From positions 1 to 60,491 of the forward strand of contig QKDR01000029.1 in NCBI GenBank assembly GCA_003252515.1: a DNA stretch of 60,491 nucleotides, written 5' to 3'. The position numbers and the translations under genes were made by a program. How positions within the stretch are numbered: position 1 is the stretch's first letter; each line of letters begins with the position of its first letter. Of this stretch, positions 27,152 through 35,298 are shown in pieces. Source of the stretch: Candidatus Delongbacteria bacterium (GTDB lineage: Bacteria > UBA4055). The notes below the pieces were generated by a model that saw only the letters and a list, made by a program, of their open reading frames with translations, was not told the origin of the DNA and did no database searches.

Positions 27152-27347
27152 TCTCTTTCCTCTTAATTCTTTTATCGTTTATAACAGAATTTATCATATA
27201 GCCGAAAAAAATACCGTAAAGAACTGAAGTATAGGGATTAGAAGTAATCGGACAGCTGCCGCTTGAACATCCTATAAAATAATAATATGAATAACCCGCC
27301 ACTCCGCCGGTAATGATCAGTAATACTGCAATTAAATTCTTTTTCAC
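27123..27347 (-). CDS. small membrane protein with CxxGxC motif
   Basis: 74 aa with two transmembrane helices flanking FIGCSSGSCPITSNP. It is tightly packed in the operon, with overlaps at both ends. Confidence 0.5.
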   Translation of the reverse strand: MKKNLIAVLLIITGGVAGYSYYYFIGCSSGSCPITSNPYTSVLYGIFFGYMINSVINDKRIKRKENDNKSGTEG

Positions 27348-27766
27348 TATTGCTTCTCTATCGTTTTTTCAGTCGTTTTTCCGGATTTGAAATGTTTCTT
27401 CAGTATATCAAGCATCTGATCTTTGTCTCTGAGGCCCACGAATCCGTCTACAGGTTTTCCTCCGACGAATATCCCCACAGTAGGTATAGACCTTATTCCG
27501 TAACCGCCTGCCGTCCGCCTGTTATTATCAACGTTCAGTTTGCCGAATTTCATTTCAAGGTGATGCTCTTCGGCAATTTCTTCTATAATCGGACCGAGCT
27601 GCTTACACGGACCGCACCATGGCGCCCAGAAATCTACAAGAACAGCTTCTTCCGACTGAACAACCTCTTTCTCAAAATTCTGGTCTGTAATCTCAGTTAT
27701 GTATTTACTCTCACCGTTCAGCATAAATACGGCCAGCAGCAGCATACCTATTAATAATTTTTTCAT
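27347..27766 (-). CDS. exported thioredoxin (WCGPC)
   Basis: Signal peptide MKKLLIGMLLLAVFMLNG, then the thioredoxin fold motif FWAPWCGPCKQLGP. Confidence 0.85.
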   Translation of the reverse strand: MKKLLIGMLLLAVFMLNGESKYITEITDQNFEKEVVQSEEAVLVDFWAPWCGPCKQLGPIIEEIAEEHHLEMKFGKLNVDNNRRTAGGYGIRSIPTVGIFVGGKPVDGFVGLRDKDQMLDILKKHFKSGKTTEKTIEKQ

Positions 27767-27775
27767 CTTAACGCC

Positions 27776-28102
27776 TTATTTTTTAATATATTTATCCAGT
27801 TTCGCTTTTATGTTAGCTTCCGGATGAGCGCCGATAAGTCCGTCAACTACCTCACCATTTACAAAGATCAGCATTGTCGGTATAGACTGGATATTGTAAT
27901 TCATCGCTGTTTCCCTGTTGTGGTCGACGTCAAGTTTAGCGATCTTGAATTTTCCCTGATATTCATCGGCGAGTTTTTCTATTACAGGCCCTACCATTCT
28001 GCACGGAGCGCACCATTCCGCCCAGCAATCAACAAGAACCGGAATATCTGATTTTATCACTTCTTTTTCGAAGTCGGCGTCGTGTACGTGTAATGCTCCC
28101 AT
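27776..28102 (-). CDS. thioredoxin (WCAPC)
   Basis: CWAEWCAPCRMVGP. I prefer the start at 28102 (MGALHV, AAGGAG RBS). The ORF-track start at 28147 lies inside the conserved promoter-proximal block. Confidence 0.85.
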   Translation of the reverse strand: MGALHVHDADFEKEVIKSDIPVLVDCWAEWCAPCRMVGPVIEKLADEYQGKFKIAKLDVDHNRETAMNYNIQSIPTMLIFVNGEVVDGLIGAHPEANIKAKLDKYIKK

Positions 28103-28153
28103 TTGTTTCTCCTTTGTCATTTTAGTTATTTCAAAAATAATTAGCATTGTCGC

Positions 28154-28175
28154 TATTTAGTAAATTTACTAAATA
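28154..28175. promoter_or_regulatory. perfect 22-bp palindrome TATTTAGTAAATTTACTAAATA overlapping the -10 of the trx/OsmC/ArsR operon promoter (candidate operator)
   Basis: Verified base by base to be its own reverse complement. It overlaps the -10 hexamer at 28163..28168. Confidence 0.55.
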
Positions 28176-28191
28176 ACAAAGTGAATGTCAA
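28163..28191 (-). promoter_or_regulatory. sigma70-type promoter (P2) of the trx(WCAPC)-trx(WCGPC)-OsmC-ArsR operon
   Basis: On the minus strand: TTGACA (28191..28186), 17-nt spacer, TAAATT (28168..28163). Confidence 0.55.
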
Positions 28192-28249
28192 GTATTATTT
28201 TTCCGGTTTTAATTGACAGGATGATAAAATATGTTATAGGCAGTAGATA

Positions 28250-28597
28250 TCAGGCTTTTTTGCTTTTTTTCGGCTTCTTTGTCAAATATTTGTCCAGTAT
28301 AGCGTTCAGATCTTCCTCAGGGTCCACTTCCTCAAATCTTTCCAGTTCTTCACCGTTTATTATCACAAGAAGGGTGGGTATATATTTGATATTATAAGTC
28401 TCGGCGATCGGTTTATTTTCATTGTAATTCATTTTCCCGACTTTGAATCTGCCCTTGTATTCGTCAGCAAGATCGTCTATCAGCGGATCGACAATCCTGC
28501 ACTGAAAACACCAGTCGGCGCATATATTTAAAAGCACCGGCATTTCCGACTTAAGCACTTCTTTCTCATAATTTTTTTTGTTGATGATCATTGCGCC
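28250..28597 (-). CDS. thioredoxin-like protein with atypical WCFQC active site
   Basis: ICADWCFQCRIVDP in a thioredoxin-fold context. I prefer the start at 28597 (MGAMII, AGGAG RBS). The ORF-track start at 28660 lies in the promoter-proximal conserved block. Confidence 0.75.
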   Translation of the reverse strand, partial: GAMIINKKNYEKEVLKSEMPVLLNICADWCFQCRIVDPLIDDLADEYKGRFKVGKMNYNENKPIAETYNIKYIPTLLVIINGEELERFEEVDPEEDLNAILDKYLTKKPKKSKKA

Positions 28598-28650
28598 CAT
28601 TATTTTCTCCTGCGTGATTAACATTCTGTTAGCATTGTTGCTATGTAGCG

Positions 28651-28679
28651 AATTAAACAAACTTAAAACAGGTTGTCAA
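28651..28679 (-). promoter_or_regulatory. sigma70-type promoter (P1) of the WCFQC thioredoxin gene
   Basis: On the minus strand: TTGACA (28679..28674), 17-nt spacer, TTAATT (28656..28651). It is followed by a block that is 20 of 24 identical to the one downstream of P2. Confidence 0.5.
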
Positions 28680-28693
28680 GTTTTATTTTTACA

Positions 28694-28723
28694 AATAAAA
28701 AAGGCAGACGATCGTCTGCCTTT
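28694..28723 (-). terminator. rho-independent terminator after the giant hdrA-like gene
   Basis: GGCAGACGATCGTCTGCC palindromic hairpin (28703..28720), followed on the minus strand by TTTTTTATTT. Confidence 0.8.
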
Positions 28724-28727
28724 AACA

Positions 28728-31700
28728 TTACCACACTTCAAGCGCTTCGGTCAGCATGGCCAGCGTCTGCTCCTCCTTGAAACCGAGCTGCTGCATCGCG
28801 CCTGACGGACAGACGGAGGCACAGCTTCCGCATCCTTTGCAGAGAGCAGTATTGATATGAGCGAACTCCTTACCGTTCCTCCAGAAGAGTTCCGGAGCTC
28901 CGTAAGGACAAACGGACACGCACATTCCACAACCCGAGCAGACATCAAGGTCCACCTTGGCGATATTGGCTTCGGATATATATTTGTCCGAACTTATTAT
29001 CATACTTGCTCTTTCCGCTGCCGCTTTCGCCTGAGAGATAGTCTCTTCTATCCCCTTGGGAGAATGAGCCAGTCCGGCGAGGAATATCCCTTCGGCTGAG
29101 AAATCGACCGGCCTTAGTTTTACATGCGCTTCCATAAAGAAGTTGTCTTCATTCAATGGAATCTTGAGCATCTGTGAAAGAGTGACCGCATCTTCTCTCG
29201 GTACCATCGCCGATGCAAGAATTACCAGCCCCGGATTGATCACGAGCTCTTCGTTAAGGATATGGTCTTTAACCCTGACCAGCATACCTTTATCCTTTAG
29301 AACAAGGCTCTTGCTGTCGATCTCGACCACGGGTTTGTTATCAGGATTATATTTGACGAAGACTATCCCCATTTCACGAGCCTGTCGGTAATATTTCTCG
29401 TTAAAACCGTAGGTTCTTATATCTCTGTACAGAATGTAGATGTTGACTTGGGGATTCAGTTCTTTCAGTCTTATTGCGTTCTTGATCGACTGGGTACAGC
29501 ATACCCTGGAGCAGTACGGTCTGTTCTCGTCCCTTGAGCCGACGCACTGGATCATCACGACGTTCTTGAATTTCTGATATTTTTTCGGCTCTTTCTCGAA
29601 ATCCTCTTCGAATTCGAGTTGCGTCATTACACCGGGATCCGAGCCGTACAGGTATTCCTCCGGTTTGGATTCGACTGCTCCAGTCGCTATCACGATCACA
29701 CCATGCCTGTACTCAATGGTCTCGTTCTCCGAATTCACGAATGTAGTTTTATAATTTCCTATGTATCCGCCGATCTCGTTTATCTTAGCTTCCGTATAGA
29801 TATGTACGTTCGGATTGTCGTCGAGACTGTCCCTTATCTCAGTTATATACGTCTCTATCTTTTTACCTTCAACATTTTCAGATAACCTGTTGAGATTACC
29901 TCCTAACCGGTCGCTTTTCTCCAGCAGAGCGACTTCGTAACCCTGTTCAGCTATCGACAGAGCTGCGATCATACCCGACAATCCTCCGCCGATGATCAGC
30001 GCTTTCTGCGTAACGTCAAGAGCTACCGTATAGAGCGGTTCGAGAAGTCTTGCTTTACCGACGGCTATCTTAGTCAGACCTTTCGCCTTCTCGGTCGCGT
30101 CCGCGTGATTGTCCTTGTGTACCCAGCTGCACTGGTTCCTTATGTTCGCCATATCGAACAGATAAGGATTGAGCCCTGCTTCCTTGAGCGTCTCCTGAAA
30201 CAGCGCCTCGTGAGTACTTGGGGAACATGACGACACAACTACCCTGTTAAGCTTGTATTCCTTTATTATATCTCTCATCTGTATCTGCGTATCCTGCGAA
30301 CAGGTGAAAAGATTGTCCGACGCGTAAACTACGTTCGGAAGCGTCTTTGCGTACGCAACAACATCTTTCACGTCCACGACGCTGCTGATGTTTATTCCGC
30401 AGTGACATACGAAGACACCTATCCTCGGTGTTTTACCGGTTACGTCAATCTCTTCCGGATAAACTTTTTCCGTTATCTCAGTACCTCTGACTTCCGAAAG
30501 TATCTCCGCAGCTCCCGCGACCGCACCCGAAGCCTGCATCACAGTTTCAGGAATATCTTTTGGCGATACTGCCGGACCGCATACGAAAACGCCCGGTCTT
30601 GATGTCTGGATCGGGTAGATACCGAAATTATCTATGAAATTATACTCGTTCAATCTTACTTTCAGCTTATCCGCAAGATCGGCCGTGTTCTTCTGGGGAT
30701 GCAGACCTATCGAGAGTACTACAAGATCGAATTCCTCTATCGTATTCTTTCCGTCGTCACCGACATAGTAAAGCTCAAGATTACCTGTTTCCGCTATTTC
30801 CTTGATCTTTCCTATCCTGCCTCTTACGAACCTTACTCCTGTCGCTTTGGCTTTATCATAATATTTGTCGAAGTCCTTACCGAAAGCCCTGATGTCCATA
30901 TAGAAGATCGTAGGTTCGACCGTTCCGACGTGCTCTTTAGCGATTATAGCCTCTTTCATGGCATACATACAGCATACCGACGAGCAGTACGGCATAGGGG
31001 ATTCTTCGGTCCTTGATCCGACGCACTGGATCCATGCGATCTTTCTGGGAACCTTTCCGTCGGCGGGTCTCTGAAGGTGACCTTCATAAGGTCCCGAAGC
31101 AGCCAGCACCCTTTCGAACTGGATACTGGTAAGAACGTTCCTGTACCTGCCGAAACCGTATTCATGCATTGCCGTCGGATCATATTTCTCGGCTCCAGTC
31201 GAGACTATTATGGAACCTACGCTTATCTCTATGGTCTCGCCTGTCATTGAATGATCTACAGCACCGGCTTCACATACAGTAACGCACTGCAGACATTCCG
31301 AACATATTCCGCACTCGAGACAGCGTGACGCCTCTTTCTTAACCTGCTCCTCGGAAAATCCCAGTTCGTGCTCATCGAAATTATTAATCCTTTCTTTCGG
31401 GTCCTGTTCGCCCATTTTCGCACGTACTTTTCTCATCACGAACTGGTCTGGCTCTTTAGCCGGGATCAGGTCGTCTCTGACAGTTCTGCCTTCCGTCAGG
31501 TCCTGCTTTCTTAAAAATCTGTCTATGGAAATCGCGGCTTCGTACGCCTGACCTACAGCCTCTACGACCGAAGCAGGTCCCTGTACTGCGTCACCGCCTG
31601 CGAAAATGTCCTTTCCTGTGGATTTGAATGTTAGTTCATCGGCTTTGACCGTGTTCCATTTTGTAACTTCTACGTTATTCCCGTTAAGGAATTTAAGATC

Positions 31701-33185
31701 TGAAGTCTGGGATACTGCCACCATCATGCTGTCGTATTCCTCAGTAATGAACTCTCCGGTCGGTTCGGGTCTTCTTCTTCCCGATTCGTCCCTTACACCA
31801 AGCTTCATCACGGCAAACTTAACCGATTTTATTCTTCCGTTCTCACCGTTTATCTCTACAGGGTTGGTCAGGAATTTAAAATTTATGCCTTCTTCTTCAG
31901 CTGCGACTATCTCGTGCGGCTCGGCCGGCATTTCGCGTCTCGTTCTTCTGTAAACGAGCGTAACGTCGGCGCCGAGTCTTTTGGCGACCCTCGCGCAGTC
32001 TATCGCGGTGTTTCCGCCTCCGATCACAGCGACCTTTTTACCTATCTCGACTTTTTCCTCTCCAAGATTCACTTTCTTAAGAAAATCTATACCGCCGTAA
32101 ACACCGTCCAGCTCCTCTCCCTTTATCTTAAGCGAGAGACTGACCTGCGCGCCGACACCTATGAAGAACGCCTTATATCCTTTTTTCCTTAAGTCCTCGA
32201 AATCTTTCGCAGTCGCGATGTCCGCGCCGGTCTTAAGTTCGATGCCCTCTTTAAGTATCTGCTCTATCTCCCAGTCAAGTTCGTTCCTTGAAAGCCTGTA
32301 AGCAGGAATACATGAGCGCATCATTCCGCCCGGTTTTTTATCTTTTTCATATATAGTGACCTGATAGCCTTTCTGAGCAAGATAGTACGCACATGTAAGT
32401 CCTGCAGGTCCGGCACCTATGACCCCCACTTTTCCCTTATCCTTCGGTACAGGCACATTTTTCTTTTCGAATTCGTCCTGATGCTGATGAACGTAGTCGG
32501 CTATGAACCTCTTGATTGATCTGATCGCTATAGGCTCGTCATATTCCCCTCTGCGGCATTCGATCTCGCACGGATGATGACATACTCTTCCGCATACCGA
32601 CGGGAACGGGTTGTTCTGTCTGATAAGGTCGTACGCTTCTTTGTATTTGCCTTTCGCGGCAAGAGCGACGTACCCCTGAACATGTATTCCCGAAGGGCAG
32701 ACGATCTTACACGGAGCCGTCTCTTTTTTATCGATCACAAAAGCGTTCGGTGATGCCTGAGCGTAAGGTTTATATATAGCTGCTTTCTCCACAAGTCTCT
32801 CGTCGAACACAGATACTGTCGAGATGGGGCAGACGGAAGCACATTCGCCGCATCCGGTACATTTGTCAAGATCGACGAATCTCGGCTTCTTGAACAATTT
32901 TACTTTAAAATTACCTGCCTCACCATCAACAGACAAAAGTTCTGATCCGGTAAGCAGGTCTATATTCAAATGTCTCCCTGCTTCCACAAGCTTGGGAGAT
33001 ATTACACACATAGCGCAGTCGTTTGTCGGGAACGTCTTGTCCAGCTGAGCCATCGTACCGCCTATCGCGGGCGTCTCGTCCATCAGGTATACTTTAAATC
33101 CCGAACCTGCAAGGTCAAGAGACGACTGGATACCGGCGATTCCGGCTCCAACTACAAGTACTGATCCCACTTTATTTTTTTTCAT
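28728..33185 (-). CDS. hdrA: 1485-aa fusion: HdrA-like flavin module carrying a GltD/NfnB-like NAD(P)H module, followed by a complete HdrA module
   Basis: aa 1-150: VVGAGIAGIQSSLDLA...DKTFPTNDCAMCV (HdrA FAD domain). aa ~155-560: CPSGIHVQGYV...NPFPSVCGRVCHHPCEIECRRG, VIGAGPAGLTCAYYL, VAVIGGGNTAIDCAR and FAGGDAV (GltD-like small subunit). aa ~620-905: the rest of the HdrA module, with PYCSSVCCMYAMKEA. aa ~915-1485: RIGVFVCHCGINISS, IIGGGLSGM, PYCSRVCCTQSIKNA and two C-terminal CxxCxxCxxxCP motifs. Confidence 0.8.
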   Translation of the reverse strand: MKKNKVGSVLVVGAGIAGIQSSLDLAGSGFKVYLMDETPAIGGTMAQLDKTFPTNDCAMCVISPKLVEAGRHLNIDLLTGSELLSVDGEAGNFKVKLFKKPRFVDLDKCTGCGECASVCPISTVSVFDERLVEKAAIYKPYAQASPNAFVIDKKETAPCKIVCPSGIHVQGYVALAAKGKYKEAYDLIRQNNPFPSVCGRVCHHPCEIECRRGEYDEPIAIRSIKRFIADYVHQHQDEFEKKNVPVPKDKGKVGVIGAGPAGLTCAYYLAQKGYQVTIYEKDKKPGGMMRSCIPAYRLSRNELDWEIEQILKEGIELKTGADIATAKDFEDLRKKGYKAFFIGVGAQVSLSLKIKGEELDGVYGGIDFLKKVNLGEEKVEIGKKVAVIGGGNTAIDCARVAKRLGADVTLVYRRTRREMPAEPHEIVAAEEEGINFKFLTNPVEINGENGRIKSVKFAVMKLGVRDESGRRRPEPTGEFITEEYDSMMVAVSQTSDLKFLNGNNVEVTKWNTVKADELTFKSTGKDIFAGGDAVQGPASVVEAVGQAYEAAISIDRFLRKQDLTEGRTVRDDLIPAKEPDQFVMRKVRAKMGEQDPKERINNFDEHELGFSEEQVKKEASRCLECGICSECLQCVTVCEAGAVDHSMTGETIEISVGSIIVSTGAEKYDPTAMHEYGFGRYRNVLTSIQFERVLAASGPYEGHLQRPADGKVPRKIAWIQCVGSRTEESPMPYCSSVCCMYAMKEAIIAKEHVGTVEPTIFYMDIRAFGKDFDKYYDKAKATGVRFVRGRIGKIKEIAETGNLELYYVGDDGKNTIEEFDLVVLSIGLHPQKNTADLADKLKVRLNEYNFIDNFGIYPIQTSRPGVFVCGPAVSPKDIPETVMQASGAVAGAAEILSEVRGTEITEKVYPEEIDVTGKTPRIGVFVCHCGINISSVVDVKDVVAYAKTLPNVVYASDNLFTCSQDTQIQMRDIIKEYKLNRVVVSSCSPSTHEALFQETLKEAGLNPYLFDMANIRNQCSWVHKDNHADATEKAKGLTKIAVGKARLLEPLYTVALDVTQKALIIGGGLSGMIAALSIAEQGYEVALLEKSDRLGGNLNRLSENVEGKKIETYITEIRDSLDDNPNVHIYTEAKINEIGGYIGNYKTTFVNSENETIEYRHGVIVIATGAVESKPEEYLYGSDPGVMTQLEFEEDFEKEPKKYQKFKNVVMIQCVGSRDENRPYCSRVCCTQSIKNAIRLKELNPQVNIYILYRDIRTYGFNEKYYRQAREMGIVFVKYNPDNKPVVEIDSKSLVLKDKGMLVRVKDHILNEELVINPGLVILASAMVPREDAVTLSQMLKIPLNEDNFFMEAHVKLRPVDFSAEGIFLAGLAHSPKGIEETISQAKAAAERASMIISSDKYISEANIAKVDLDVCSGCGMCVSVCPYGAPELFWRNGKEFAHINTALCKGCGSCASVCPSGAMQQLGFKEEQTLAMLTEALEVW

Positions 33186-33233
33186 CCGTAAATACTCCTG
33201 ATTTACTGAATACTCTTCTTTCGGAAAATGGTA

Positions 33234-33260
33234 AATGAAGGAGCACGAAGCTCCTTCATT
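33234..33260 (-). terminator. rho-independent terminator after the tandem-rhodanese gene
   Basis: AATGAAGGAGC-acgaa-GCTCCTTCATT hairpin. Confidence 0.6.
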
Positions 33261-33266
33261 CTGAAT

Positions 33267-34127
33267 CTATTCGACCGGATTGTCTTTTGTAGCGTTCCAC
33301 TCGTAATAAGCCCCGTCATATACTCTGACTTTTTTGAAATCCATTACGGAAGTCAGTACCGCATAAACAATACCTGCTCTGACGCTTGAAGCGCAGTACA
33401 GGATGATCTCTTTGTCACCTGATATACCGGCAGTCTGCAAAAGTTTAGCTATATCGTCTTTTGATTTTACTGTACCGTCACTGTTTATTACGGTGTCAAA
33501 AACGAAATTCACCGCGCCCGGAATGTGTCCTTTTCTTGTGATATTCGCGTCATCTTTTTCTTTACCGTTGAATTCGTCGCTGCTTCTGACGTCAACCAGC
33601 ATCACACCGTCTTTTTTCATATTGCTTTTTACGTATTCCATTGAAGCGTATTTTGATCCGTCTACCGCAGGAGCGAAAGTAACAGGTTCTACTTTATTGA
33701 TCTTCGCTGACATCTTGCCTCTAGCTTTTGCCCAGCCGCCTGTAATATGACCGTTAAGAATATCTACATTCTTAGCTCCCATATATTCAAGTATCCAGTA
33801 AAGTCTTCCGGCGGCTTTATTCGAACCGGTATCATATACGATGATCTTTTTATCGGGCGTAATTCCTTTTTCGCCTAAATACTTTGCGATCTCTTCTGCC
33901 GGTTTAAGCATTACTTTTATACCTTCCGGATTATACAGCGCGTTAAGATCCACGTTGACAGCCCCGTCGATATGTTTCTTGGCATAATCTTCAGCAGGTC
34001 TTGTTGAAACTATTATCGCGTCACCCGATTTAAGCAGTTTCGCTGCTTCTTTGGCGTCTATAAACCCTCCGAACAGGAATTGTACTCCCGCGATTAAGGT
34101 AATAAACAGAACTAATGATCTTTTCAT
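33267..34127 (-). CDS. exported tandem-domain rhodanese (thiosulfate sulfurtransferase-like)
   Basis: Signal peptide present. Two rhodanese domains: the first is inactive-type (VYDTGSNKAAGR) and the second has the active-site loop YCASSVRAG. Confidence 0.8.
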   Translation of the reverse strand: MKRSLVLFITLIAGVQFLFGGFIDAKEAAKLLKSGDAIIVSTRPAEDYAKKHIDGAVNVDLNALYNPEGIKVMLKPAEEIAKYLGEKGITPDKKIIVYDTGSNKAAGRLYWILEYMGAKNVDILNGHITGGWAKARGKMSAKINKVEPVTFAPAVDGSKYASMEYVKSNMKKDGVMLVDVRSSDEFNGKEKDDANITRKGHIPGAVNFVFDTVINSDGTVKSKDDIAKLLQTAGISGDKEIILYCASSVRAGIVYAVLTSVMDFKKVRVYDGAYYEWNATKDNPVE

Positions 34128-34145
34128 AAGATTTCCTTGCGTTGT

Positions 34146-35237
34146 TTAGAATTTCACCTGCAGCTGTACAAGTATTTCATTGTTGTCAACATCCTGCCAT
34201 TCTTCATCGTTCATTATATAATTGAACTGAAGCCTTGTCCATTCATTGAAGAAATAATTAAATCCGAACGTCATAGTAGTTACAGCCTGATAATCCAGCG
34301 ACATATCTTCGGCTGAGGGATCATATTTATCAATATCTGAATTCGCATCGAAGTATTCGTACTTGAAAACAGGCTGCAGATCCCAAGGCGTCATATATAA
34401 TGCCTGTACGAAATAACCGTTCCTTTTAATTGTTCCCTGGTGAACCACCACGGGTGTACCGTCTCATCCTCCGCCTGTAGTATAGGAACCTTTATCTTCC
34501 GCCTGAATATATTCCGCCTGTACAAGTATATCGGAATATTTGAACTCGAATTCTCCGGCAACCCTGGTTCTCTCGTCTTCTTCGGGCGCTGTGATCACGT
34601 TATAATATTTTCCGAATCTGTAGCTTCCGCCTATGCTGACCATATCCATTGCGTTGTAAACAAGCCTTCCGGCAAACACTTTATTCGGGTTGTCATCTTT
34701 AACACCCACACCATTACCGTTAGTGAGTGACATCGCGTATTTGAATTTTGCGTAATCGTTAACGTCGTAATTACCCTGCAGAAGAACGCCAAGATCCCTA
34801 TCAGGATAGACTAATGTATTTACCACCTTCGATCTTTTTATTGTGTGCAGGCTCTGGCATGGTGTATTCAGTTCAAGACTGAACGGGGATTTGAACTGAC
34901 CCATCGACAGTTTTGCGTATGGTGCAAGACGGGAATAAGTGATAAATCCGTCAAGCAGGAACGGCTGCCCGGCTTCAGTCACGAAAGGGCTTAATTCAAC
35001 TATGATGTAATAGCTGAAATCATACGGAATGCTTCCCAGAAAACCTAATCTTGCTCTGTTGAACGTAAAGCCCATATAATCGTCTGCATCCTCATCGTCG
35101 GACTGCTTATATTCGAACTGAGACTGAATATAGCCGACAACGCTCACTCCTTCATCTGAAGAGGCTTCCATGCATTGTGCCAGCAGTCCTGCAGTCATTG
35201 AAACCATCAGCATGAAAAATAAAATTTTATTCTTCAT
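34146..35237 (-). CDS. phosphate-selective porin O/P-like outer-membrane porin interrupted by an in-frame TGA at 34464..34466 (pseudogene, sequencing error or read-through)
   Basis: ORFs 34464..35237 and 34146..34451 are in the same frame, separated by a single TGA (…YTTGGG*DGTPVVVHQ…). The N-terminal part shows FNRARLGFLG...LLDGFITY...GQFKSPFSLE...PDRDLG (Porin_O_P-like). The C-terminal fragment ends LQVKF, a typical OMP terminal Phe. Confidence 0.6.
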
Positions 35238-35262
35238 TTGATCTCCTTTAATTTAAAATTCA

Positions 35263-35289
35263 GAGCAGGAACTATATAAGCTCCTGCTC
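35263..35289 (-). terminator. strong hairpin (11-bp stem, 5-nt loop) between the rhodanese lipoprotein and porin genes; terminator or attenuator
   Basis: On the minus strand: GAGCAGGAGCT-TATAT-AGTTCCTGCTC, followed by TGAATTTTAAATT. Confidence 0.5.
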
Positions 35290-35298
35290 ATATTTTCG

